From NCBI RefSeq assembly GCF_001194135.2, contig NC_068993.1, positions 17,573,110 through 17,637,109 of the forward strand: a stretch of 64,000 bases of DNA, in the 5' to 3' direction. The position numbers and the translations under genes were made by a program. This document shows, piece by piece, positions 12,754 to 24,803 of the stretch. How positions within the stretch are numbered: position 1 is the first letter of the stretch; each line of letters opens with the position of its first letter. The stretch is from Octopus bimaculoides. Its lineage: Eukaryota. The notes beneath the pieces were generated by a model. That model searched no databases. It was not told the DNA's origin and worked only from the letters and a program-made list of their open reading frames with translations.

Positions 12754-12951
12754 GAACAAGAATCAAGCAACCTGGATCCTTATGAGGAACGCTTACATTT
12801 TGGCAGAATAACAAAGACTCTTGTAGAGTCCAAAGTCGGAGATGTTGCTAGCAATTTCTTTCTGATCTGTGGCAGCAGGGTTTTTAACAAAGACATGGCT
12901 AACTTTCTCACTGAACTAGGACTGTCTGAAGAACAGTATTTTGTATTTTGA
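12754..12951 (+). CDS. CYB5RL: Terminal coding exon of NADH-cytochrome b5 reductase-like protein
   Basis: Acceptor tttttgttgttatttgTAG at 12753; phase 0, compatible with the 3400 donor. Translates EQESSNLDPYEERLHFGRITKTLVESKVGDVASNFFLICGSRVFNKDMANFLTELGLSEEQYFVF*, with the HFGR, xCGS and C-terminal YFxF features of CYB5RL/FNR proteins. Absent from the ORF track because it has no start codon. Confidence 0.9.
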   Translation, partial: EQESSNLDPYEERLHFGRITKTLVESKVGDVASNFFLICGSRVFNKDMANFLTELGLSEEQYFVF

Positions 12952-13207
12952 TGATGACTATTGATATAATAATGATTATGGAGAAAACATTTTATATGTG
13001 ATTCTATTGTAATGTTCTGTTATGAAACTCAACTGAGGTGTCAGAGTATTGCTAAGCAACACGTTTCAAAAAAATTATTTTTTAAAATATATATTTCAAA
13101 TGTCAAAAGTTATTTTCTATAATGTCTGTAATTTTCATTGCCACAGATGTGAGATAGTGAGAAATATGATAACTAAACGGTCAGTATGCTAATCACAACC
13201 TATAATT

Positions 13208-13213
13208 AATAAA
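13208..13213 (+). terminator. Candidate polyadenylation signal for CYB5RL
   Basis: First AATAAA after the stop, about 260 nt downstream, in an AT-rich 3' UTR. Confidence 0.45.
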
Positions 13214-13633
13214 AATGAAAGATATGAGTTGGATGAGTCGCAAGATATTTTAGAAACTGAAAATCTGGCAACTTAATGAATTATAGTGTATTTGGTTGTT
13301 CCTCCTGTTATTGAGTTGTCAACATAGGCTCAGAAATGGCTGTGTGGTTAAAAGATTTGCATCACAGATTCACAATTATGTAATCCTGGGTTTGATCCTG
13401 CTCTGCAGAAATTTGGTAGAGTGTCTTGTCATAATCCAAGCTTCATGAATGAAAGTAATCATTATCATTATTTAACGTCTGTTTTCCATGCTGGCATGGG
13501 TTTGATGATTTGATAGGAACTGACAAGGCCAAGGCCCACATCAAGTTCTATAGTCTGTTTTGGCTTGGTTTTTACAGTTGGGTGCCTTTCCTAATGCCAA
13601 CCACTTTACAAAGTGTACTGGATATTTTTTTAC

Positions 13634-13833
13634 TTGGTACTATCATCAGTGCTTTTTGCATGGTACCGTGGCACCACCACTAGTGTTTTTTACATGATAC
13701 CATCATCAGTGTTTTTTATGTGGTACCATCACCAGTGCTTCTTATGTAACACCATCACCAGTGTGTTTTACATGACACCATCATCAATGCTTTTTACATG
13801 GCACCAGCACCAGTGCTTTTTATGTGGTACCAG
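13634..13833. repeat. Minisatellite, about 26-bp unit, about 7 copies, expanded from a SINE-internal motif
   Basis: Repeats of accatca(t/c)cagtg(c/t)tttt(t)acatgg. Confidence 0.8.
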
Positions 13834-14199
13834 TAAGCTGAAGGAAAATGTGCAAAAGCCTGTCAGATGGACTGAGCCTGGTCTAAGTTGCTAGACTCAA
13901 ACCATTGCCTGGGTTTAAAGCCATCAATAGCTCCTTAGGTATCTTCAACAAAGGTTTTTTTTGCCTATAGTGGTGGGTGATCTAGAGCAGCTCTAATATC
14001 ACAGTGGAGATTACCTACTTCACTGGTTAGAGACATATTCACTCCTGCATTTGGAGACAAAGTACAGCAGCACCCTCAGCATGCAAGTGTTTATCCTAAA
14101 TGTTGAGGATAATTCAAACTCTTGCTGCAGCAATTCATAATTTTTTTTCTCTCCTCTCGCTACTTATTCATGAAAGCCTTGTGAAATGGCCATAAAAAT

Positions 14200-14420
14200 T
14201 GCACCTCCTTCTCTGACTATGCTATAAAAAAGTAAACAAAAACAACTACTAACTGATTATTGGTCATCCACATGACAGTTGAGACATACCTGAACTTTGC
14301 AAATGCTTCCTATAAGTTGATCTTTGCATGATGTCATAAGCAATATGATCCTGGTATAAGGAGAAATATTTACAGCAGGAATACCTCAGGGAACTGTATT
14401 AGTGCCATTGTTTCTGATAG
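14200..14420 (+). mobile_element. Old LINE RT remnant (CR1/L2/Jockey-like)
   Basis: YLNFANASYKL (from YLDFAKAFDKV) at about 14287 and AGIPQGTVLVPLFL (from SGVPQGSVLGPLLF) at about 14375. Confidence 0.75.
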
Positions 14421-14574
14421 CTGACTGACAGTTGAGACATAGTTATAAACATTATATAAACAACAAGAGTGTCTGTCAGCTCTAAAGAATATACCTTCTC
14501 ATCACTTCTATCAGCTTTATAATAATTACTATTTCTGTTATAATTATCCTCATCAATATCGATTATTCATTAAA

Positions 14575-14790
14575 GGTGGCGTGCTGGCAGAATTGTTAGC
14601 ATGTCGGGCAAAATGCTTAGCTACATTTCATCCATCTTTATGTTCTGAGTTCAAGTTCTGCTGAGGTTGACTTAGCCTTTCATCCTTTTGGTGTTGATGA
14701 AAGAAGTGCCAGTTGAACACTGGGATTGATGTGATTGACTTATCTCCTCCCCTCAAAAACTGCTGGCCTTGTGTCAAAATTTGAAAGCAA
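14575..14790 (+). mobile_element. SINE family B, single copy
   Basis: ggtggcgtgctggcagaattgttagcatg...ctgagttcaagttctgctgaggttgact...ggccttgtgtcaaaatttgaaa. Other copies at about 31245-31450, 32390-32560 (-), 42490-43075 and 43085-43300. Confidence 0.85.
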
Positions 14791-14974
14791 TATCAATTAT
14801 TCATCTATCTTTCGTCCCTTTATAACTGATCCTATTTCGGAGCCTTCTGGGGTTTAACTATCATTGGGGACTCTAAGTCTTCCATTGTAATTCCATTCAC
14901 ATCTAGGATGCTTTATGGGAAACATAAATTGACAGTTCTATATTTAAGAGATGAAGAATTATGTACATTATTTA

Positions 14975-15045
14975 CATTTGACGGATATTTGTCCTCATCT
15001 TGTTTGTTGTTAACACAACGTTTTGGCTGATATACCCACCAGCCT
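14975..15045 (-). repeat. Short dispersed repeat with ctga.gaaggc...ccgaaac signature (Penelope-tail-like)
   Basis: Same sequence at 27655-27732 (-) and 43805-43930 (+): cctgatgaaggctggagggtatatcagcc.aaa.gttgtgttaacaacaaacaagatgaggacaaatatccgtc. Confidence 0.75.
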
Positions 15046-15539
15046 TTCCTCTTCATACACTATGATTATCTCCCACTCCTTATCTCTGCCCTCAATACCC
15101 TGCTCACTGTATCACTGCTTTCCCCCACCCCATCTTTATACTCAGGTTTTCACCAGTTACTGCAATCCTCACTTCCTACTTACACCTTTTTGGCAATACC
15201 TGGCTACATATATTATGACCTCTGTACCTTGGGGGCATGCTGTGGCAATTGCCACCATTTATCTCTCTTGTGCTTACTCTACCATTCCATTTATGCTCTG
15301 ATCCCTGTTACTTGTGAGTATATCTTGGCACTTCACCACTCCTGCTCTCTGTTGCACTTTTGCTGTTACCCACTCACTCACTCTCTCTCTCTCTCTCGCT
15401 CTCTTTCCCTTGTTCTTCCCTCTGGCTGGATAGCCATGTATCTCTTCTACAGCAGCACACTTGTTTTTGCCCCCATTCTTGATCATTCTTTCTCCCCTCC
15501 TCTTGTTTTCTCTCTGGCTAGGTAACCAAGTATCACCTT

Positions 15540-15935
15540 ACATCAGTTTGGATTACCTTGATAATTTTGTATTGACATATATTTTCGAGGATATTATTAT
15601 TAATTCTAATAATGCTGTCTATATGTGTGTGTGTGTGCATGTACATGTGTATAAGTATATGTTAATGCAATTGAAACAATTGTTGAATTTTTAAGGTGAG
15701 ATCTAAAATAAAGATATGATTTTCTTTGTACATATTATTTGTTGTCAAATACTCCAAATTTCTTGAAATTCTACAAAAGGATTGTCGGATTTACCTGTCT
15801 TACAGGAGGATTTATCTGGGGTTTGTCATCTACTTACATTTACTGGTATCTGTTTATTAGAAATTTAACCATATTCTTTTATACTGTGTGCTTAATCGAT
15901 ATCTGCCAGGATTTTTTTAATCCTATTTTTTTCCT
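15540..15935 (-). repeat. Inverted copy of the 1110-1540 repeat
   Basis: The reverse complement aligns by eye with 1110-1360 (ttggcagatatc..aagcac..agcataaaagaatatggttaaattt..agataccagtaaatgtaagtaga). Confidence 0.8.
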
Positions 15936-16007
15936 CTAATTATATATATATTACATCATATGTAAACAAACATAAGTTTGTTTATGAAGCACTGAAATGT
16001 ACTGTAG

Positions 16008-16187
16008 TACAAGTAGAAAGATATATTTTTTCGAAGCATAAGTACTGACAGAACAGCATATATAGGATAAAACCCTTACAGAGCATAAAAATTGCTGACA
16101 GATTTTTCTGCTCTCTAAGGATTTTATCTTGTATATTCTGTTCTATCAGTACTTACATGTTGAAAAAGATATATCTTTCTACTTGTA
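16008..16187. mobile_element. Fold-back MITE (TA-flanked, TIR CAAGTAGAAAGATATAT)
   Basis: Arms of about 84 nt are imperfect inverted repeats around a 9-nt loop (tgctgacag, 16093-16101); ends TAcaagtagaaag...ctttctacttgTA. Confidence 0.85.
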
Positions 16188-16535
16188 ATATATATATATA
16201 TATATATATTTTTATATCAATGACAAAATGAGATGTCAAAGGAATAAATGATTACCTTATGAACTTCATTAGCTTACAGCTGTTTCTGGCTTGAAATGCA
16301 GTAGACTCATGGTTGAGTGCCTGAGTAACACACTATTATAGCTTCATTGGAACCTTGAATATGAAGTGTTATTTATTTGGGAAAAGAATTATATATATAT
16401 ATATNNNNNNNNNNNNNNNNNNNNNNNNNNNNNNNNNNNNNNNNNNNNNNNNNNNNNNNNNNNNNNNNNNNNNNNNNNNNNNNNNNNNNNNNNNNNNNNN
16501 NNNNNNNNNNNNNNNNNNNNNNNNNNNNNNTATAT

Positions 16536-16568
<33 letters not shown>

Positions 16569-16989
16569 GTTTAACGTCCTAACATCCATTGTCCATGCTG
16601 GCATGGGTTGGACGGTTTGACCTGCTGGCATGCTGGAATGCTGCACCAGACTCCCATCTGATATGGCATGGTTTTCTACAACTGGATGCCCTTCCTAATG
16701 CCAACCATTCCAAAAGTGTAATGGGTGCTTTTACATGCCATTTGCGTGACACCAGGGTGTGTTTACATGCCTCTGGCATGGGAGCCATTTGCATTACACT
16801 GGTATTTGCCATGACTGTGATTTTGCAAGCATGACATAATGCTAAAGGTCATGGTCATTGCCTCCATGAGGTCCAACACTTGAAAGGAACTCAGCCACTT
16901 TGCCTCCATAAGGCCCAATACTCAAAAGGAACTTAGCCACTTTGCCTCCGTGAGGCCCAACACACGAAAGGTGTTCTTTATGTGCCTGT

Positions 16990-17230
16990 ATTGCTTTATA
17001 CCTTTAACTCAATTTTTTTCAGTTCCATGTTATCAGTTGAAACAATATATTCGTGTATAAAAATTTTATACTATATGCTATAGTTTTATTTATTTATTAC
17101 TTCTTCTTGCGTTATTTCTTCTTATTCCTTATGTTTGACGGATTATGCTGTATTTCTTATATATGTTCATTGAGGGGGTGTGATATGTTGAGTCGTTAAC
17201 CCAGTCTTTTTATTCTTTAACTAATATTTT
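16990..17230 (+). repeat. Dispersed AT-rich repeat, direct copy at 36935-37190
   Basis: Both share cctttaactcaatttttt...atatattcgtgtataaaa...tttgacgga...atatatgttcattgagggggtgtgatatgttgagtcgttaacccag. Confidence 0.85.
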
Positions 17231-17444
17231 ATATATATATATATATATACACATACATACATACATACATATATGCATGTAAGGAAATGAGACAAGGTAG
17301 AAAATGCTAAAATAATTTTATCATGAAATATATTTGTAAAGATTGGTACCGGTTTCAGTGTTTTTGATTTTTACAACTAAAAGTAAAACATGAAAAACAA
17401 TTAAATTGAAGAAAAAATTAAATGAAATGTTTTGTAAATATAGT

Positions 17445-17515
17445 ATACATTGGATATAACAGACACTTTGGGACCAGGAAAATTTGTTTGTTATATCCGA
17501 TTGTCCGTTTGTATC
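17445..17515. mobile_element. pogo/Tigger-type MITE terminus with internal inverted repeat
   Basis: ggatataacagac...tttgggaccag...gtttgttatatcc. Confidence 0.5.
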
Positions 17516-18899
17516 ACGCATCCTTCTACAGAGTATACTGTACACAATGAGATATATCAGGATAAGGTATCATGTTGCAATATCTCAGGATCCATGAGTA
17601 CTAAATAAAAATCAACACATCAAACTACTGTACTGTTGCTAATCTACTCTCATAAAATCGACAGATTTGAGATTAAGTACATACGAAGACATTCACATAC
17701 AAACATGTTTATTTCAGTTTTGGTTCAAAAAAGTTGGTCATTTTCTTTTGTTTCAGAATCCTATGTTTTCTTGTGAATCAGTTCCCCTAACATCACTTGA
17801 CAACCAATGCTGGTGTGTTTACGTCCCCGTAACTTAGCGGTTCGGCAACAAGAGAGACCGATAGAATAAGTACTAGGCTTCCAAAGAATAAGTCCTGGGG
17901 TTGATTTGCTCATGAACCAGTCTTTTTATTAAATATATTTAAAAAAAATTATTGTCACTCTTCTCCCAAAAGTCTACGAGAACACTTCAGTATTCATGAA
18001 TTTCTACTTCTTTCTCAGGTGTATTTATTACCTGTTTGTATCATGATGAATGTCTTCTTACCTTAGCTGTCCTTTTTCTGTTGCCAACACTGTAACCTAG
18101 CTTGTCTTTACAATCCTTTACCACTATCCGTACCTACCTGCTATGTGTTCTTCCAGCTTCCTCTCTCCTCTTCACATAAAGAAAGAAAGCCTTAACCTTC
18201 TTTCTTTTTTAAAGCAATTATCATTTCTAACACTGATACAAGGCAAGCAGCTCATCTAAAGAAATTAGGTAACAAAATAAAAATAAAAAGAAAACAGTAT
18301 GAAAGGATGTGTTATTATTCTAATGCACAGAAGTGACACAAATGTTATGACAGCAATATGCTTAGAGGAGCGACCATACTGAATTGTGAATAGCTGATAC
18401 AGTAAGACACAAAGTGGAGAAGGTTGTCATGAAAATATACATCCAGCCGGTTCACACTTTCAGATGATAATAGGAAGAATACCTTATCAATTAACCTTGA
18501 ATTGCACTGTGATGTCAGCTTTCTCTTATATTTCTGTCATCAACGCTTTCTTGGAAAAAAAAAATGTTACTATGAGGATATTCCCTGCTGGGCCCTAATC
18601 ATCATCAACTTACCATAGCCCCATGCTCTCTTCTACCTGCCCATATATAACATGGTTAGCACTACATCTCCTCCTCCTCCTCCTCCTCCTCATCCTCCTC
18701 CGCCCATCCTCCCCTCCCCTCCACTACCACCACCACCATAGCCATGCTGGAGGGATTTACTCGAATAAATCAACCCCAGGACTTACTTTTTTTTTCAAGT
18801 GCAGAAGGCAGTGTGACAATAATAAAAATATGTTATAGCATTAGTTGAATGGTAGATATTGCTTGGAGTCCGTGGGCTTATAGTATATATCTGTTTCTA

Positions 18900-20525
18900 T
18901 TTTGCTGTTAGATTTCTTAATGAGGATGTCAAGGAATGGAAGTTGTTGATGGCTTGGGAAAGAACGTCAAAGGTGTGATGTCCTCTGAGCTGAGTGCAGG
19001 CCAGGACAGTATGTTGTCTCATGTGGGTCTTAGGGTCCAGCCAGTGTGCTGTCATCCCTAGGTAGGATCTGTCGTGGGCCGACCAACAATCCACAGAGGT
19101 TGCCACCCAGGGGACATCCTTGAACAATCTGTAATTACAAAATGTTAAATTGTAAGGAGACATAAGTTGTAAAATTCAAAAATTCAAATCATATATATAT
19201 ATATATATACATATATATATANNNNNNNNNNNNNNNNNNNNNNNNNNNNNNNNNNNNNNNNNNNNNNNNNNNNNNNNNNNNNNNNNNNNNNNNNNNNNNN
19301 NNNNNNNNNNNNNNNNNNNNNCATATACACTGTATATTATATATTGACATTTATTTCAATTAGCTATTATACATTTTATTACATGAATTAAGAAAATAAT
19401 TATTAAAAAATAATTAAATTAAATTAAACTAAGAAAATATGAAGTACGTCATAATAGTAATTTAATAATTTTGTATAATTTTAATTCTTAAATACCTTGT
19501 AAGATATTCCTCTAACTGTTTATGGCTGGCCAAGATCATCCTGCCACAGTGCAGTGGAACATCGACGTCTTGCAGGGTTTCAGTGTCTTGATTAGGCCAA
19601 CCAACGTGGGGGACTCCACTACATGCAGTGGTAGTATGTTGTCAACAAACAGGTCTACAATCCTGTCCACCATAGACAGATGGATGCCAGTGCCAGCAGT
19701 TTGGGCAAATGCCACACCAATGCTGGGCTAGCATGCTTTCTTTGCACATGGTTGTGACAACTGGCTACTGGCCCTGCTGCCAGAAGATTGTCTGTCTTTC
19801 CCGCGGGAGGAGACGGCCTTGATCCTATCTTCAAACTGGATGGCATGCACTGGGTGTTTCCTCTTGACATGCGACTTCAAGTTGTAGAGGCTTGCCACTT
19901 GTCCCTTGATGGTGACCTCCTTGGCCTGGCACATGATGCACCAGAAGTACAGGATTTTGACATTCCTCTTATCCGTTGACATAAGGACAAAGTAGTCCTC
20001 CAGGTGGGGCCACTGGTTCTGAGACACCTGGCTTTGAACCTGAGCATCCTCTGCCTCACCCACAGCCTTTGCAAACTCCTCAATAGGCCCTTCATTCTCA
20101 GGCCAAACAAAAATGTCTTCACTTTCCATAACAATAAGCGATAACTTGATAAGCTGATAACATACATTGCTGTTGCTAACACAGTAAGACTGTCGGTAAT
20201 GTGGCAACGTCGTAAGTGAACACAACTCAAAACTGCAGAGTTACACAATGCTGCTCAGCTAGCTGCTGCTGCGTTGACCAATCACATCTTGTCACGTGCA
20301 CACATAGTCAGCCAATAGTGCACCTGACGGACTTTCAAGACATGCTCATAGTAGACAGGAGCAAACGTATGAATTTTGTTAGTGGACTTAAAGTTAGCAG
20401 AACTAAATTTAGCAGAAGCTAATTGGTTCGCTAATGGTTTCCAAAGTTCATGAAAACGCTAATCGGCTAAACAAAAAGTTAGCTTCGCTAATTAGCTATT
20501 AGTGGATTAGCGAAACCATGCCCAC

Positions 20526-20530
<5 letters not shown>
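18900..20530 (-). mobile_element. hAT (BED-finger, Ac-like) transposon, left end plus 5' half of a transposase pseudogene with one intron
   Basis: TIR-like CAATGGTGGGC at 20530-20520 and about ten GCTAA/TTAGC subterminal repeats. BED finger WPHLEDYF..CIMC..LKSHVKRKHP; IVDLFVDNILPLHVVESP; DDE start ATSVDCWSAHDRSYLGMTAHWLD. TAG at 19728-19730 and a frameshift near 19545. Confidence 0.92.
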
Positions 20531-20565
<35 letters not shown>

Positions 20566-20787
20566 NNNNNNNNNNNNNNNNNNNNNNNNNNNNNNNNNNN
20601 NNNNNNNNNNNNNNNNNNNNNNNNNNNNNNNNNNNNNNNNNNNNNNNNNNNNNNNNNNNNNNNNNNNNNNNNNNNNNNNNNNNNNNNNNNNNNNNNNNNN
20701 NNNNNNNNNNNNNNNNNNNNNNNNNNNNNNNNNNNNNNNNNNNNNNNNNNNNNNNNNNNNNNNNNNNNNNNNNNNNNNNNNNNNNNN

Positions 20788-21063
20788 TATATGTATATAT
20801 ATATATGTATATATATATGTATATATATATATGTATATATATATGTATATATATATGTATATATATGTATATATGTATATATATATGTATATATGTATAT
20901 ATATATGTATATATGTATATATATATATGTATATGTATATATGTATATATATATATGTATATATATGTATATATATATATCTATATATATGTATATATAT
21001 GTATATATATATATGTATATATATGAAAATATATATATCTATATATATGTATATATATATATC

Positions 21064-21096
<33 letters not shown>

Positions 21097-21097
21097 C

Positions 21098-21135
<38 letters not shown>
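20788..21135. repeat. Long (TA)n/(TATG) microsatellite next to an assembly gap
   Basis: Pure TA/TATG/TATC repeats; representative of dozens of microsatellites that generate the spurious YIYI/CVCV/HTHT ORFs. Confidence 0.95.
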
Positions 21136-21155
<20 letters not shown>

Positions 21156-21838
21156 TATATTCATGTGTGCATGTCTGCGTGTGTGTATACACACAACAAC
21201 AGAGGTACACTCATAATTTTTTTACTGCATTGTTAACATTAACATTCATTTTTTAAGATGAAGATTTATCTTTATAATTGTCAATGGAATACCAAAGAAA
21301 AAGCACTTTATAAATGTAGAGAAAATGAAATAACTAATTGTGGTACATAAATAATTCTCAAATATTTATGCACTTTCTATCAATGTATGTGTGTATGCTT
21401 GCCTGATATATTCACACATACACACACGTGTGTGTGTGTGTGTGTGTGTTTATATGGTGAAATTACATTCACAAACACATATATACATGCTAACATACAA
21501 ATATATTTGCATTCATTTGCATACATACAGACTTTCATACATCTATAATGCACACATAACTATTTCTAATAACTGCTAGAAAAACTAGGTCAGATACGTT
21601 AATGAATAACTATCTATCTACAAATCAACCTTTCAATCAATCAATCAATCTATCTATCTATCTATTTTTCTACTTCTCTTTTTCATGAATCTAAATATAT
21701 GCTAAATATTATACTGCAAGGTTTATGTATGGTAAAATATATACTACTAAACACTTATAAATGTATTTGTGTTTGTATATACACATACTTCTATATATGT
21801 GTATATATCTATACTAATATATGTATGTATGTATCTCC

Positions 21839-21916
<78 letters not shown>

Positions 21917-22148
21917 GTGTCAGATGATAACAGAAGGCAAGACAATTTGAGACCTATCCAACCCATGCAAGCATGAAAAACAAGGATTGTTTTATTCTTT
22001 TAGATTTTATATACATATGTGTGTGTTTTTATATTGCTTTTGTATCTCTTTCCCTGTGTGTGTGTGTGTGTGTGTGTGTGTGGGCAAGTGTGCATGCATG
22101 TGTGTGCGTGTGTGTATTTGAGCTTGTTTGTATATGTTTGTTTGTGCA

Positions 22149-22217
<69 letters not shown>

Positions 22218-22589
22218 AAATGTTTGTATTTATGACAAAATGTTTGTTTGTGTGTATGTGTAATAAAACTGAAGAGAAATAATGCAATTTCTAAGAATGA
22301 GTGAAAGAACTGGGTCAGATCAGCAAAGGCTTGGCTATCAGTTAGCACCAGATTAATATTGATTGTTGTGTGTGTGTGCCTTTATACATTAGGTTTCACT
22401 AAACTATAGTATTTTTAGAGGTAGTATATTATTTATGTAGTATTCCCTTTATCCTATGCATGCAAAGGAGGAAACACGTGCGCACACGCATATATTTCAT
22501 ATCATCATGTATTATGTGGGTGGAGGGCGTGCAAGTGAGTTAATATAATATAATATAATATTTATGTATATATATATATATATATATTG

Positions 22590-22622
<33 letters not shown>

Positions 22623-22713
22623 CACACACACACATTATATATTTTATATATAATATATTTATTTATTCATGTATTATAAATGTGTATGGTGATATGCATA
22701 GCATACAAATAAG

Positions 22714-22769
<56 letters not shown>

Positions 22770-23336
22770 CATATATATATTCTAATGCATTATGCATGCA
22801 CGTGGTAACATACATGAGTATAAACACATGCACACAGACAGGCACATTTCCCAATTTTTGATGCATTTAGATGAATTTTCCAAAATTTATGCATCTTTCA
22901 TGCAAACATACATTTCCTCACTGACTTATATGTATTTATGTGAGTTCTCCAGCATTTATATGGCCTTCATATACATACATTACCCCACTTTTGCATATCT
23001 ATCTATCCATCCATCCATCCATCCATCCATCCATCCATCCATCCATCCATCCATCCATCCATCCATCTATATATATATATATGCATATATATATATCATC
23101 ATCATCATCATCATTTAACATCCATCTTCCATGCTGTCATGTGTTAGGTGGTTCAACAGGAGCTGGCGAGACAGAGGACTGCACTAGGCTTCACTGTCTG
23201 TTTTGACACGGTTTTTATGGCTTGCTGCCCTTCCTAGCACCAACCATCTTACAGAGTCGACCGACTGCTTTTTATGTGGCACTGGCAAAGTTAGTTTTGG
23301 CATGGTCTTTACAGTTGGATGCCCTTCCAAATGCCA

Positions 23337-23390
<54 letters not shown>

Positions 23391-23969
23391 ATATAAGACA
23401 ACACCGAATAAATTCAAGAATATGATTTCCTTCCATAGTTTCATCTTTGTATCTTTCAGAAATAATGTACTATTTCCAAGATACCATATGATGGAACTAT
23501 AATTAAATAGTATTAGTGTTATATGTACATAGCATTGCTGTGTAATGAAACCCTACTTTTCTATGCATTCATGGATAAGATGGAATTTATTGAAGCAGAT
23601 TTTCTACACCTTGATACCCTTCCTGTCACCTGTTACCAAGCAACATAATATTTCCCTATGGCCAGACATCTAAATGTGTTTGTATGCATGTGCGTGTGTG
23701 TGTGTGTGTGTGTGCATACATGCATGTATTTATGTAAGTATGTATATATTTATGTAAGTACGTATATATGTATGTCTCAGGCCTTGTTTTTAATAAGGTT
23801 TTAGCAGGAACGTTTCTTTGCTTTTTTTTATTTCTTATTATGAGAAAATATACTCTCCACATTACTGTAACTTATGTTCTTGTCTTCAGGACAATCCTTT
23901 CTACAGATTTTATTGGATAAAACTTTTGGTTATGGTATCCTGTTGAAATTCTTGGAAAACTACTTTTGT

Positions 23970-24250
23970 GAAGGAGCATGGCCTTGTAATATGTGTTGCA
24001 CTCATGATTGCAAGATTGCGGTTTCAATTTCCAGACCAGGTGGTGTATTTTGTTCTTGACCAAAACACTTTATCTCATATTGCTCTGTAATCATTTTGAC
24101 ATCTGACATGCCCCACACCATACACCTGTACAGGTAGTGTTGAGTTGATTGAGGGAGTGAGCTAATGTACTACTTAAACATTTGGTCACTATAAGTAAAT
24201 CATTTGTGCCGATGGTTCAACAAGAAGTTGCTGAACTGTCATAAATAATT
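23970..24250 (+). mobile_element. tRNA-derived SINE family D
   Basis: Shares ttgcactca.gattg..agat....gtttcaatt.cca.accaggtggtgt.tt.tgttcttga.caaaacactt with 58639-58890. Confidence 0.75.
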
Positions 24251-24320
24251 GATGAGAGGAAAGTCCATGATATATGTGTGCGTGTATGTGTGTGTGTATG
24301 TGTGTGTGTGTGTGTGTGTG

Positions 24321-24514
24321 TATTTTCCTGGTGAAGGCCAGTTTATGGGGTTATCTTGGGTTTCCTGTCTGTAAAGGGTTTAACTTTATGGCTTGCCATC
24401 AGATCTCAGGACCTGTTGGCCTATGACCTCTTTAATATACGCCATAAAGTTGAACCCTTTATGGATGGGATACCCTGGGTAAACTCATAAACTGGCCTTC
24501 ACCAGGAAAAAATA
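24321..24514. mobile_element. Fold-back MITE
   Basis: Arm 24321-24392 (tattttcctggtgaaggccagtttatg...taaagggtt.aactttatggc) is the inverted repeat of 24441-24514, around a loop of about 48 nt; TA at both ends. Confidence 0.88.
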
Positions 24515-24570
24515 TAGACGGCTCTACTTCTTAGAGTGTGCTTCTCCGGATTTCTGTTTTTCTAAAAACG

Positions 24571-24622
<52 letters not shown>

Positions 24623-24803
24623 ATTTAGTATAATTCGAGTGAAAACCTCGTAATGCGCATTTAAGAGCTCTTGCATCATTATTTGGCTACTACAGGATAT
24701 CTTACAGTAGGATATATTCCAGGGATAGATACATGTGTGTAACTGATCTTTGCAAAAGATTAATACAAGAATAATATAACACAAGAATTGGGGAAATCAG
24801 ACT

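Noticed and set aside
12951-13036. ATGATGA...CTGA resembling a box C/D snoRNA
   Set aside because: No terminal stem, AT-rich interior, and it overlaps the stop codon in a 3' UTR; expected by chance.
13634-13833. Regular short repeats that might suggest a CRISPR-like array (also 16855-16970)
   Set aside because: Units are contiguous and degenerate with no unique spacers, derive from SINE/LINE-tail sequence, and the DNA is eukaryotic.
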